This document shows, one piece after another, positions 21,805 to 34,557 of a stretch of DNA of 64,000 nucleotides (position 1 is its first letter; each line of letters starts with the position of its first letter). Under the pieces are notes generated by a model, which was not told the DNA's origin, ran no database searches, and worked only from the letters and a program-made list of their open reading frames with translations. Position numbers and translations under genes: made by a program. This stretch comes from Rhodosorus marinus CCMP1338 (taxonomy: Eukaryota; Plantae; Rhodophyta). The DNA is taken from assembly GCA_029953675.1 (NCBI GenBank), contig JAMWBK010000003.1:1798001-1862000 (forward strand), given 5' to 3'.

Positions 21805-23634
21805 CTACTCGCCTAAAAGTTCAGCTTGAGCCTTGGCAAATGCGTGCTCCGGTTTCCAGTGCGGCCTTCCGCTCCCGTTGAGAAGACTGTACAAAAGTCG
21901 TATGGAAACCTTCACCTCCTGGGCTGCGCCTTCGTATGGGTTATCATGACTTTGTATATATTCATAATCATCGTTAACCTGATGGTAGCGGTGTTGGTTA
22001 TAGTCACCCACAACCCTATCGAAGTACCCTTCGTCCTTGCCAAGATAGCTCTTTCCATGGGTGATCTTCACAGCTGGAACACCAGCCCGCGCAAAAGGCA
22101 ACTGATCGCTCCTATAGAACAGCCCCTGTAAGGGCTCTGCATCGCCAGATACTACCATGCCTTCTTCATTGGCAGATGCTTCAAGCAAGCGCTGAATATC
22201 GCTGAACTCTGCTCCAAGTCCAACGACGTCCTCAGTTTCCCCCCATATGTTCATTCCATCAAAGTTCATCATCGCCACGGTCTTGCCCAAGGGAGCTGCA
22301 ACGGGATTCGCTGCATAATAGCTGGAGCCCAGGAGTACGGCTTCCTCAGCAGTTGGGGTAACTAATACAAGCTTCCTTCTAGTACAAAATCCTTTCCGTT
22401 TCAAACCACCGAAAAATGTCGCAACAGAAAGCAATTTCCCAACTCCAGACGCATTGTCTAGTGCCCCATTGTAGATGAGGTCCTCCTCGGGCCTCTCACG
22501 TTCAACCTCGCCGGAGCTTTCCCCGCAATCGCTTTGGCTGACTGCATCAGGTGCGATGCCAAAGTGGTCATGATGAGCAGTGAGAATAACAGCTTCTTCA
22601 TCACTCGTAGAACCCTCGCAGGTCGATGGCAGGACCCCTACCACATTGGTTCCGGCAAAGAATCGGCGAGTAAGACGCAAATCGCCACCAACAATCAGCT
22701 GAAGCTTCCTGGCCCTGAACCCGCGTTTGCTCGCCTCGTCAATCAGTCCGGCAGTTCCAAGTGGAACTGCTTGATCAATAGCGCTCGCACTAATCCATCC
22801 GCGGACGGCGAGGGCTTTTCCTTCCTCAGGCAACGGGTCAAGCCGAACGTTTTCGGTGTCCGCCCAGCAACCAATCACGGACCATCCATACCCCGCAGAC
22901 TCGTCAGTGTGAATCAAAAGCGCTCCCTTCGCTCCTTGCCTCCTTAGTTCCTCGAACTTGTAAGTCCATCGCCCGTAATACGTCAATGCAGCGTCCTTGC
23001 CGCCGAAACTGTCATCCTGTCGTGGTTGATTGACGAGGCAAATAACCACGGCACCGCTCACGTCGACTCCATTAAAGTCGTTCCACCCATGAGACGATTC
23101 ACCTGCATTGATGCAGTAACCCCCGAAATAAACTTCTTCTTCCTCCAAGTGAATAAGATTTCCTTGTCTGTAATCCGTTGATAGTGCCACGGAATCGCCG
23201 TGCTCTAACTTCAAGTTGGAACCGTCCGCCTTAAGAAAATTGATGTGCGAAGAGGTCTTTGTAAACACTCCTTGCAAAGGTACCGGCTGGAAGAAGCTCT
23301 CAATACCGTTCCCATGTGCGGCTCCTCCATGGAAACCTCTGCTCATCAACTCATTAGCAATATATTGCACACTTTTCTCCTCACCAATCGTTCCCACTCC
23401 ACGGCCTTCGAACTCATCACTCGCAAGAATCCTAATATGCTCGTCCACTTCGGAAATATTGAAGCTATAAAAAACGTGACTCGGCAGCCTCAACAATCCG
23501 GGCGCCTGCACGTTCCCACCAACCCCGCCACGGCCCATCCATAATTGAACCGCAACACCTAAAACTATAGAGACCAAAAAGGCCAGCAGCCGCCCGTTTC
23601 CGCTTGAACTCGGCTTTACTTCTACAACCCCCAT
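21805..23634 (-). CDS. M28 family metallopeptidase with PA domain and N-terminal membrane anchor; intronless
   Basis: ILASDEFEGRGVGTIGE, YYGRWTYKFEE..RQGA.G.LLIH, ILTAHHDHFG, IYNGALDNASG, TAEEAVLLGS.YY, NFDG, FYRSDQLPFA..GVPA, YHQVND. First ATG is at 23634. Confidence 0.93.
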   Translation of the reverse strand: MGVVEVKPSSSGNGRLLAFLVSIVLGVAVQLWMGRGGVGGNVQAPGLLRLPSHVFYSFNISEVDEHIRILASDEFEGRGVGTIGEEKSVQYIANELMSRGFHGGAAHGNGIESFFQPVPLQGVFTKTSSHINFLKADGSNLKLEHGDSVALSTDYRQGNLIHLEEEEVYFGGYCINAGESSHGWNDFNGVDVSGAVVICLVNQPRQDDSFGGKDAALTYYGRWTYKFEELRRQGAKGALLIHTDESAGYGWSVIGCWADTENVRLDPLPEEGKALAVRGWISASAIDQAVPLGTAGLIDEASKRGFRARKLQLIVGGDLRLTRRFFAGTNVVGVLPSTCEGSTSDEEAVILTAHHDHFGIAPDAVSQSDCGESSGEVERERPEEDLIYNGALDNASGVGKLLSVATFFGGLKRKGFCTRRKLVLVTPTAEEAVLLGSSYYAANPVAAPLGKTVAMMNFDGMNIWGETEDVVGLGAEFSDIQRLLEASANEEGMVVSGDAEPLQGLFYRSDQLPFARAGVPAVKITHGKSYLGKDEGYFDRVVGDYNQHRYHQVNDDYEYIQSHDNPYEGAAQEVKVSIRLLYSLLNGSGRPHWKPEHAFAKAQAELLGE

Positions 23635-26293
23635 GCCCGCCCCCTCAAACCCCACACGCAACTTCTCCTTCTCATCCAAGGAAAAAACCAAAACCAAAAA
23701 AATCTTAACTACCTCCAACAATGAGAAGAAGAAACCAAAAAGAACACACACTCAAACCAAAATGGTCTTTCTTCTCCTATTCTTCACTCTTCAAAGACTT
23801 TTCCACTACCCCAACTCTACCTCTAAATCCCACCATCCCCCTCCTCCCTCCTTTTTACCTCCATTATGTAGCGATGGATCTCCAAGGCACCGCTAGCTCA
23901 CACTTCCAAAACAAAAATCATTTTCGAAAAAACACTTCTTACGACTGCGAGGTAAAAAAAAAACAAAACCCGAAGAACCAAAAAAAACAAAACAAATTGG
24001 GCCAGACATAAATAAGCGTGCCCAATGTTACATGTTTACCCTCAGCAATAATTTTCACCAATTCAATACTAAGCTATTGGAACCTCAAAAATGAGCCCCA
24101 TTCTTACAAAACTCCTCATTTCCCCCAAAAAACAAAGAAAAAACTACAACGATCTGTATACAATCTCTCCCCTCCCCCCTCTTCCGTCATCCCGAAAACG
24201 AAATGACCAGCTAAGAGATGTACGAACATTTAATGATTAATATATAAAACTTTACTGAAAAAATTGGAACATTTTGGAAACTAAGGGGCTGGTAATCAAA
24301 AATGTAAAGGGGGGAAGAAGAGAGAGTTTCCTGTCCTTCGATTTGGGAGGCTTCCAGGAGATTTTTCTATTTCTTCTAAAATTTGTAAAAAACTGATGTC
24401 AGTTTGGGATTCGTCCAATTCATGCTAAAAAGCCAATGTTCTTTTCTCCCCCAGAGCTCCGAACAAAAATTCTTTCTCATGCAAAACGTTATAACCAAAT
24501 CAGTTTCTTATCCGTCCCCCAATTTTTTTCTTTTTTTTCTTCCAGGGGGGTTTCGGCTTTTCGCCAGTGTTCCTTTTTTTGTTAGTTTGTTTCCTACCCT
24601 TCAACATGTCCTCCATAAAATTATTGTTCTAATTTATTGAAGTTACTAGACGGTTTTGCTCCTTCCTCTACTTCAAGAATAGAAGGGGGTGTCTATTTGC
24701 ATGGAAATCGTTCTAATTCCACGCAGGACACTCATTATTGTTTTGAAAATAAATTAAATGGATCGTGAATTTTGGGTTTGTTTGACCATTCAGATGGAAG
24801 GTTGATTACATCTTCCTTTTTTATTTTGGTTTTTAATCGTTGTTTACAGTTTTTGGCCAATTATAGTAGTTTGCAGGATGCTCTACTGCCAATGGATTCT
24901 CGAATTCAGTTACAACGGAACGAATGACCTTGATGCATGTTAATAAGAAACACTGAATGGTGTTGGTAAGTGCACCCTATTTGTTGAGTATTGTTTTTTC
25001 TGTCACTAGAAATTTTAGGGTTCCTTACAGCTAAGTAACTTGTGACACCCTGACACCCTTGTTTTGATGAGGCGGAATTCTCGATTGTATTGCTGGAAGT
25101 TGAACGGGGGGGACCGGGATGAGAGGACGTCTGAGATTTGATCATCTGTATATTCCAGATACTTTCGGAAGAGTCTGCTCGTAAAGATCCCCTCGCAGGG
25201 TTCGAAAAGCGGCCAAGTAGTAGCATATATAGTAAGTCCTCTACTGCAGAAAGAGTTGAGAGCTCCTCCAGCTGGTTTCCATTTCAGGGCTCTCGATTGC
25301 GTCCATTGCACGGTGGTGAGAACGTCCGGTTTGCATTCTTTCGATTTCGATCCTGGAATCCTCCACTTGATCCTCCATTGCAGGTCTGAGATACACATAG
25401 TGGAACAAGTTGAAGAATCAATTTGGGCGGAGTCCTCCCGATATCAATTTGGCAAAAGAAGTGAAAGTTGTTATGTATGTCGACTCAAAAAGCAAACTGA
25501 TTCTACATCCAGTAGCATCTCAGCGGAGATACATGAGACTTGTGATCTTGAGTATGCGTTTAACTCCAACGATTTACTATCAAGGTCGACAACACCTGTT
25601 TCTGTTTCTAGTTTCTATCCACTGGAAGCTTATGATCATACGAAAGATTTCCGCAAAATGTGCTGCTGCAGTATTTCCTCCGCAGCTCTCGTGGGGTGAG
25701 AGTGATTCTTCCCGGTTCTTTCTTCGCGCATGTGGCGAATCTCGTCTCGCTTCAAGCTTCTCAGGGTAGATAGGCTCCGAATAAATTGTTGTTGTTGTCT
25801 TGGTCTTGGAAGCTGAATCTATTCTTATTCAGGCCGGGAACAACCAAACGGTTAAAGAGTCGTTTCGTACCGGTCCTTGTCAGGGCATCTGCCATGAAGG
25901 GTAGGGTAAGGCACGACCCGGGACAGCATCCAGTGGTTCAGATGCCATCACTCAACGGACAAGCCTCTTATGCAAGACAGGAATCAAAAGGGGTGATTCT
26001 TTTCCAACGAGCGGATGGAGCACAGCGAACGTCCGAAAAGCCCAGCCCGTACGCTTCTCTGATGGAAAAATATCTTGGAATCCCACGAGTCTTACCGCAG
26101 CTGTGCTCATAACCTGTCACGCACATTAATGCCTCACACCCGAACGGATGCAGATACTTTAACCAATCTATTCTGCCAAGTGCTATCTCCTTAATTTCAA
26201 CTTCTGCCGCCGGCTCTCCATGTGAACGAAAAATAAAACCTAGGGATATTGTGTGCCTCTAAACAGTGGGTTTCCTGAGAAGTTTATGAGCTG

Positions 26294-26712
26294 CATCAGT
26301 CTCCAACGGATAACTAATACAGAAAACCCCTGGCGCTATTCTAAGGCTGAGAGGTGCGGTCTAGACTAGAACAACACATTGGATGTACGGTTATGCCATT
26401 GGAGCCAGACTAGGTAAGCCCGACGTAGGTTGCTATGGCGGTCGCGGTAGCTTGTTGAAGCACGACGCTCGTGGGTTTGTAGTCCATAACCGCGTTTGTG
26501 TTCATCAGTCTCCACTACGGATAACCAATAAAGAAAAACCCCGGCTCTATTCCAAGCCTGAGAGGTGTGGTCTAGACTAGAACAACATATTGGATGTACG
26601 ATCGTGCCTTTTGGAGCCAGACTTGGTAATCCCGACATAGGTTGCTATGGCGGCCGCGGCAGCTTGTTTCAAGGAAGACGCTTGTAGGTTTGTAGTCCAT
26701 ACCCGCGTTTGT
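26294..26712. repeat. Tandem duplication of an about 210-bp unit (26294-26500 / 26503-26712)
   Basis: CATCAGTCTCCA...GGATAAC...AAAACCCC...GAGAGGTG.GGTCTAGACTAGAACAACA.ATTGGATGTACG...GGAGCCAGACT.GGTAA.CCCGAC.TAGGTTGCTATGGCGG...TTTGTAGTCCATA.CCGCGTTTGTG occurs twice, roughly 85% identical by eye. Confidence 0.92.
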
Positions 26713-26952
26713 GGAGCGATTCCTGTCCCAGATCGCGGCAGAAAACTTCGCCTATTTCAAAGTTTTGTCCGAAACCACAAACCTCTGTAATGCTCCAACA
26801 CCACGGGGTTGGAGAGTGAACATGACTTGGGTGGGCAGGGCGGGGGTGGGAGAGAGGAAGAGTTTAAGGAAACTGAAGAGGAGAAGGAAATCAACCTAAG
26901 GACTATATGGGATAGAAAATGTAGAAGTTCAGTAGATGAGAACTTCAGGTTG

Positions 26953-28992
26953 ATGGGGTTTGTTCTTCCCTTTTTAAGCTCATCAAGGAGCAGGCGGCGC
27001 CATGTTGTGGCTTCAGGCGTGGACAAGAGACGTTCGTGGGCAGAGAAGGAGGCGAACTTGAGTGAGCAGCTGGAGAAGAGGCTCTTGAGTGGAGAACAGC
27101 TCAGTCCCACATCAATCCAGCGCAGGATTGTTGCAGCTTCAAGGAATGGGGATGTAGAGTCCGCGGAGAAGTGGGCGGGATATATGAAACAGGGCGGGTA
27201 TACTCTAGGCACGGTGAGTCAAGATGCTCAAACCTTTTGTCCTATCGTTTCCTTAAGGTTAAGTTTTGGTCTCTGCAAACAGCCTACATACACGTCGTTA
27301 TTGCATGCATACCGACGGGCGTGTGATCCCGAGAAATGTCTTGTGCTACTAGAGGAGATGAGATTGGATGGAGACCTGCCCAACGAAAAATCCAGCTACG
27401 AGGCTGTTAGAGCGTAAGAAATAAGAGCCTGCATGTCACTGGTATTGTCTGCCGGCCTTTTCTCGTAAATTGCGTGTCGCAGCCGGCATCCTGCAGGAGA
27501 CCCGAGCAAGATAGGCCAAAAGCGCAGGTTGATGATGACCTCGGAAATCGCCGATCAGCTGATTCGCGGTATGCTTTTATTCGAACAGGGCAACAGCAGC
27601 AGGGGATGGGACAGTGGCCTCTGAAATTGTAGCGTATTGCTTTAGACACAATATTCCGATCAGTCGAAGCTCCCTCAACGCATCGGTCAATCTATTGATG
27701 CGCCTAGGCAGCGTGGAGCAGGCGGAGGACGTTATCCGCTTCATGCGATCTGCCCCCAACCGGGAGGCGAGGCCGGATATCGTGACCTGGAATGTCATGA
27801 TGTCCGGATATTCCAGGAACGGTATGCCAGAGAAAACACTGGCGACGTTTGGAGGCATAATCTTTCGACGACAATCCGAGAAGCCCACAGTATCGACCTT
27901 CAATGCGGTGCTGCAAGCTCTGCTGAATATCAGACAACACAAGTCAAGTAAGAGTGCAAGCGCTCAGTTCGTTGTGCGAATGATGGGCAAACTCAAGGTG
28001 AGGCCGCGCTTAGCAAAAGTGAAGGTCCAGCAATGGACTGAACAAAAACAGTTGGGTTTACTAACCCATCTACATGTATTCCGCTCGTCCAGATTCGATG
28101 TGATGTACAGACCGCGACTACTCTGATTCGTCTAGTTGGTGAAATCGGCCGGAACGAGGTTGTCAAAGTAGAGAGATGGTTTTCTGGACACCAAACCTTT
28201 AAGCCCGACCTGGTGTATTACAATGCTATCATAGAGGCGTATGCTCGCTGCGAAGATCTCAGATCGTGCTCGCGTACAATAGAGGAGATGGATGTCGTTG
28301 GTATCAAACCGGACGCGCGTAGTTTCAACCTCATGCTGAAGGTTCAAGGCACTCAGGAGGATGCGAATGCGCTCTTGGCTGAGATGCAGAGCAGGAAGAT
28401 TGATCCGGATATTTATTCCTATTGCTCGCTCTTGAAGAGGGAACCGAATAGTAAGCTGACCATCGCAGGGCAATGGTTCTCGCATCAAGGGACGACAAGC
28501 TGAGCACCCATCTAAGCATTGTCTCTGTACCGTTTCTACACTATTTTTTCCACCTGCACTTTGTCCGAAGATTCTGCTAAAGGTATTGCCAGGATTATAC
28601 AAATGGCAATGGACAGCGGCGTGACAGTCGATTCCAGACTCCAGAGTGCGGCAATTCGAGCAACAAAGCATGACGTGAAAGAGTCGGAGCTTGTATTCCG
28701 ATTTCTCGCCTCCAAGCTCGGGGTGGCTAATCTGAAGGATGCTAGCTTCATGGCATTTCTTTACGTGTGCGGTGTCTCGGGACGGTCGGATCTCGCGGTC
28801 AGAATCGTTTACGCTATGAAGAAAGCAAAGCGTGTCCCAAAGCCTATGTGCTATGGAGAGTTTGCCAAGGGCACCAGAGAATCAAAAGTTCCTGAGCACA
28901 AGCTCCAGCCGTACCTGTTTGTGCTGAAGACGCTCTGCAACGTCACCGATGACTTTGACCTGCCTATCAACAGGGTTCGAATCAAATTTTAA
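26953..28992 (+). CDS. Pentatricopeptide repeat (PPR) protein, probably plastid-targeted; multi-exon
   Basis: MGFVLPFLSSSRSRRR transit-like start. PPR motifs PTYTSLLHAYRRA, PDIVTWNVMMSGYSRNG, PTVSTFNAVLQAL, PDLVYYNAIIEAYARC, PDARSFNLMLK. Introns 27214-27282, 27414-27588, 27998-28092 and about 28451-28516. Confidence 0.9.
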
Positions 28993-30261
28993 CTTGTCAT
29001 AAGCGCGGAAAGGATGGCACGTGAAGACCAGACCAGATCTCGCAAACTGTGATGCCTCCATTGACTTTTTGGGGGCTTTCACCAGCACATCCATCTGTGA
29101 AACGGCCTTCGCGACGGCCGTAACAAGCTGGAGGCGGCGCTGCAGCTCAGTCCACTTCGTGTGTCTGTAGAGCGAGGCCATGCCTTTACGCATAAACTAA
29201 CAACTTTGTAGGTTCTTTGCATTTTGGAGAAGAAAGTAGGATCAGTTTACAGATATTAGATTAAATGAAAAGCACGTTTAGCATATAATCGACCGAGCTC
29301 CGATCAGCTGCGCAGTCTTTCGCAAAAGCGGAAGGATCTCATACTGGCATGGACTATCGTGCGATCCGGAGCGCTTTTCCTTCTGGGCTCCTCGTAGGGT
29401 TACCGTCGGACGGCTGATTCGGAATGCAAACTAAGAGTCGCTGCTTTTTAAACAAGAAGAGTCCTCACTAGCCCCTCATATTCTGTTCACTCCTAATGCT
29501 CTACAAACAGCCGACAACGTTGAAACGCGATTCGGTCACTTGCTAAACGTTGCCCGCGGCCCATGGCTTCCGTCGGTGTCTATAAATACAACGGTTCTCT
29601 GCGGGGGTGCAATGTCGGGATCTTGGTTGAAGAACTTGGATCACGGCTTCAGCTTCTGCCACGGGGATATCTGTTATGACGTAAGTCCTGTTGGATAAAT
29701 CCCTGCCAAAGCACAGAGCCCAGAGAGATAATCATGCTTCTAATATAGGAATCTCTTGCGGGGGAATTCACCCAAGGCGCAAAGGGAGTCGAAAGGAGCA
29801 TACAAGCACTTCGCTAATAGATTTGCGACAGACTCATGGAGCCGCGCATAAGCAAAATAATCGTGCAAATTAGAGGTAGTTTTCCTTCGCTGAACGTCCT
29901 GGCCCAGGTTCACACTTGCTTGAGGCCGAAATTTTGTAGTAGTTGCAGTGAAATGATCTTGTTTTTCGCTTCTCAAGGTAGTCAGGCTCTGAATAAACGG
30001 ATCATCGAAATAACCCGGCTTACCCTTCCGCTAGTGGACCTAGAGATCTTTTAGCTTGAAGGTGCTTTACGACAGCATGTGAACAAAAGTTTACAAGAAT
30101 ATTCCTTGCAAAGTTATGTAAGCAGCGTTCTGACCCGGCTAAAGAAGAAGCGCGCGGAAGCGCTCACTTCGCCGGGTCGCGTGTGACCTGCCCGGTTTGT
30201 GCGGATCCCACGAAAGCTGCTACGCGAATTGGGGCGCAGCACTGGCACTTCAGAGAGGACA

Positions 30262-30553
30262 CTAGATCACATCGTTGCTTTGACCAGAACGGGCAAAGGC
30301 CATGGACTTTGTGCACCCATCTCGTCTTCCTTCAGGAGAAGCCCCTAAAAAATCGTGCAAGCAGGGCCGCATTCAGTGCTCCAAAGTTCGCTTTTTTCAC
30401 AGAGCGCAGTAACGAGATCATCAGAACTAGTGCTGTCATACCATCATCCTTTCGAATGAGAAGCATATCAACAGCCCTCCGACGCTCTGACTTGACGCTC
30501 TTTTGTCGAACCAAACCAGTCACTTCTCCCCACATCGCAATGCGCCGTTGCAT
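30262..30553 (-). CDS. Possible 64-aa two-exon microprotein divergent from COX6B
   Basis: ATG at 30553, intron GTATGA...TTTTTAG at 30441-30345, stop at 30262. No homology recognised. Confidence 0.25.
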
Positions 30554-31188
30554 TAAAACGGTATTTTTCAACTCTTCCTTTTTGACTGTATCAGTCAAAA
30601 TAGACGCGAATATTTCTCACATTTTTGGAATTGCTTCTATCAACCTAATTACATATATAGACATGATTGGTAGAAGTGATACTTGATCAACTGATGGTTG
30701 GTTAATATATATTAAACGACAGTAATAATAAAAACTGCATGCGTTACCCCGCAGTTACACCTCTACAATCACTCAATGCGGGTTAAATACCCCTGGTATG
30801 AAAAGAGCCATGATCTGAATTTTGGTTTTTAAAATTACAAAAAGTAAATAATTATGAATGAGTGTTAATATGGACAGAGGGGATTAGAGAAGGAAGGGAT
30901 AGTACTTGATCGCCTGCAGCAGTGGATAGTGGTTTCATAGAAGACTTGCATTGAACAATGTTTTGAAACATATAGTCAATTTATATTTTCATTGATTGAA
31001 TTTGTCAACGATGTGATCGAGCATGTTGGATCTTCCCTGCCTTGGAGGCAGCGAAGAAGCTGTGAATTGGGTGTTAAGGGGGGAGGGGTGGGTGCGGGTG
31101 GGTGGTGAGGAGGGGACGATTAGGAAGTAGTGGAGGTACTGCCGATATCCTAGGAAAGCGTTTATTTCTTTCTAGTTGAAGTGGAGAA

Positions 31189-31528
31189 ATGGTGAAGGTA
31201 GAATATGAGTTAAAGACCGCGCCTCCAGATCCGAGGTTTCCGACTACGAATCAGACGAGGCATTGCTACGCGAGGTATATTGAGTTTCACAGGTGTGTCA
31301 AGGCGCGCGAGGACGACGAGGCTCCAGAGTGCCAGAAGTTTAAGAACTGGTACACTAGTCTTTGTCCAGTGGATTGGGTAAGGATTCGTTTATGGTATTT
31401 CTCTGCTTGATTTGGGCGATGATACTGACGTCTGTACTCGTGTTCCGGTCCCGTGTGTGTCGTTATCCACGCAGGTCGAAAAGTGGGATGAGCAGAGAGA
31501 AGAGGGAACTTTTGCGGGCCCAATTTGA
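31189..31528 (+). CDS. COX6B: Cytochrome c oxidase subunit 6B, exons 31189-31377 and 31475-31528
   Basis: TAPPDPRFPTTNQTRHCYARYIEFHRC...C...Y.SLCPVDW-VEKWDEQREEGTFAGPI. Confidence 0.96.
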
Positions 31529-31956
31529 GTTTGAAAAGGGAAACCTAAATAAAGCAAATCATAAATCCTACTTTACACCCCCGGGTACTCGCGAGACTTG
31601 TTGAAAATCTTGTATGGAAAATCTGTTCGAACTGACCTTCACCTAACCATCTGGAGCGGGTGTTGCAACCACATCGTATTACGCAGCGAAACAAGTTTCC
31701 CGCCCAAGCTTATCAGGGTCATTGCGGTTCCCGGCATGAATGGTCGGGCTGAAATAGGGTCCATCATAGTAAAAAAAAACAAAAGGTTCTTTTATTCTTC
31801 TGGGGCCAGGCAACAAAAGAAAAAGTGTCTAGATGGCTTTTGCGACAGCGCACGTGCACACAAGTACACAGCCCTGCGGCGGGTCTTCACTAAAAGCCAG
31901 TACTGTAGATTGGCTTGAAGGTATGTTCCTGTCGCGGAAAATAGGCTTCACCGAGT

Positions 31957-32886
31957 CTAGGCGGCGGCCTTCTCCGGAACCTTTGCATTACCAATAATAG
32001 AGAGGAAAACGTTGTACCCAATCTGGATCGCGTTGATGTAGAGCAGTCTCTGCTCGGTCGGGATGAACCTGAAATTGATTGCATGAGCTAGAGGCCACAC
32101 CTTCCATGACGTCGTGACGGCCGTGACTAGATCGTTCTCAATCTTCGCCTTGATCTCCTTAACGCTCTTGCCTTCCATGGCACCCAAAATTCCGAAGAAG
32201 GCAACTCCGAAGATGGGAGCCCACAAGAGCTGGTCAATGGCGACCTTGGAAACGACCTTGAGGGGCTCTGTGCCAACGATCAGTCTGTCCAAGAACCCTA
32301 ATGGCGCGTTCACGGAAAGTTCCATCGTTAGCACGCGCCAGCTGATTGGTGCAGATTCAGAATCAACGGAGGCAAGTCTTCAATAGAACACTCTTGCTGT
32401 GGCAAGTCCAAAATCAGCAGACTCACCATAGAAATAATGTCCTGTGGGGCCGTGGAACAGTGCGCCGAACGCAGCCATACGCAGCAGCCGGTCAATCTTG
32501 AACTCGCCATCCCCTAGGTACTTCTGGGCCAAAGCGTCCCCGACGGCGAAGCCAACGAGTGACGTGAGCGCTTTGGTCAAGATTGGTTGACTCTCTAGCA
32601 GAGAGTTGTACGCAGTCCAAAGGGCAACAAGCGGATTTGAGCCTGCGCCAGCATCTCCGCTGCCACCACCTGACCTGTTGCCGCCTTTGCCGCTGAGTCC
32701 ATCAGAACCACCGCCGGCGTTCATGCCCGATCCCCCTTTCCCACTCCCGAATGAGGACCTCCTACCTACTCCACCAATCTTCCACGGGCGACCACCCCCC
32801 TTGCCTCCTCCCAGCTTCATCGTGACCGACCCATGTCTGGCCACCTTCACTCCAAGACCGTTTGTAACGACGAAAGCGTTCTCCAT
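31957..32886 (-). CDS. Mpv17/PMP22 family membrane protein, probably plastid-targeted; exons 32886-32427 and 32297-31957
   Basis: MENAFV transit-like start and a Gly-rich linker, then YNSLLESQPILTKALTS...GDALAQ, HGPTGHYFYGFLD, KVAIDQLLWAP, WKVWPLAHAINFRFIP...RLLYIN. Confidence 0.93.
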
Positions 32887-34233
32887 ATTGCTGGTAACTA
32901 ACCTGGTCTCTCTCCGGTTTCTCCTCTCAAACTCCTCACCAACCAAGCCCAAACACTCAGATCGCCCAAACGTCCTCTGCACTGAAAAAACTGCCAACTG
33001 CAAAAACACCCCAGTTTCATCAGTAGCCAACCTCGTCCAGTCCTTTCCTGTCGCCCTTGCCTCCCTTGATATCCTCCCTAGAGATTGCTGCCCGGCTCTG
33101 TCGATCGGAATATCCCTCCTGGCTAAACTAAAAACAGTCTAAAGCGTCACCCTCTCAAATCAATCTGCTTCAATATCATCTTCATAATATTTCCTCTATA
33201 CATACTTGTGCTTAGTATAGACTGATTTCGTATTTGACACTTAGATTTCCTTAAGACCTCCGAATCGGGCCCTCGAGCAGAGCTGAAACGACCCCAATCC
33301 GATCAGTATTGAAAAGACACCTCAAGTCACCAAAAAAAAAATCTCCTCTTTCCAAGTAATTTACGATAATCAACGCTCCCGACCATTACGTCCTCAAAAG
33401 TTTACATAAAATAAATATTTACCAGTTAATATTAAAGAACAAAAATCAATATACCCTAAAATATACATTAAAATAAGTTATATTGTGCTTAATTAATAGT
33501 ACAAATATAATATATCGCAGACTGATTAACTTCTTAACGTATTTTACTTTTAAAATTTCGACGTCACTGATCTGATTTCATATTTTAGAAGATTAATATG
33601 AAGTATCTGGATCGAAATTGATTGATCATATCGTTTTCCTTGACTAGCAGGGAAAAATTATATGAATTCCTATGATAATTTTGCAGGTTGAACAATTTTG
33701 GTGAAAACTGACCGTTCTGAGATTCGGAGTTCCGCTTCCTCTTTTTATTCCGAAGTTTATTCGTAGATTTCGCTTTTTTATTGTTTCTGACTTATGGTTG
33801 GAACTGTGAGTAAGAAAATACTAAATTTTGAAGGGGGGGTTACGGGTAAGTCATTCTGGATTTGTTTTGTTTGTTCTTAGTTTGTGCCATGTTTTTGCAT
33901 TTTGAGGTTTTTAAAGAGGGAGCGTGACGAGAGTGCAGTTTGATGCGGAAGATGTAGAAAACGTTGGAGGAGAGGGGGGGGGGGAGGTGAATTTTTTTCG
34001 GAGGTTATGGGTTTCAGTTTAAGCAGTTGTTGTTGTTGCTTGTTTAAGAGGTTTAGGGGGGCAAATATATAAAACCTTAGTAAAAATCTGGGCTAGTAAA
34101 AGGTTTTAGATGTGTGGGGACAGGACAATCTCGGAGCATCGCACGGGGAAATATATGTCAATTTGCTTTTTGTTGTCGTGTTGAAGAGGTGTCGGATATG
34201 GAGATACCAATTCTATATCCGCGCAGGGTTTGT

Positions 34234-34557
34234 CTGAACAAGGATAGGATTGGCCACGAGAGAAACCGAAAATGTAGATTATTCTCTATTGTGAGCCCAC
34301 CATTATCATGAATTCGAACAGTGTTTGGGGGCTTGGTGGCTGCTGAAAGCCGCTTTCAACAAAGATGGTGGTCCATGGATTCGCTCTGCTGAACAAAAGG
34401 CCTAGCCTGTTTTGCCTAGCCAAGAATAGGATTTGCCACCACGAGAAAGGAAATGTAAAATTTTTCCCGACTTTGGGCCATTGTCAGCCATTGATCGAGG
34501 GTGTTTGGGTTGTGACTGAAAGGCGCTTCAAGAAAGATGGTCATTCTCTGCTGAACA
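34234..34557. repeat. Diverged tandem duplication, about 155-165 bp period
   Basis: CTGAACA recurs at 34234, 34389 and 34551. Blocks ATAGGATT.GCCAC..GAGAAA, AAATGTA.A.T, GTGTTTGGG, CTGAAAG.CGCTT..A..AAAGATGGT and TC.CTCTGCTGAACA each occur twice. Confidence 0.75.
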
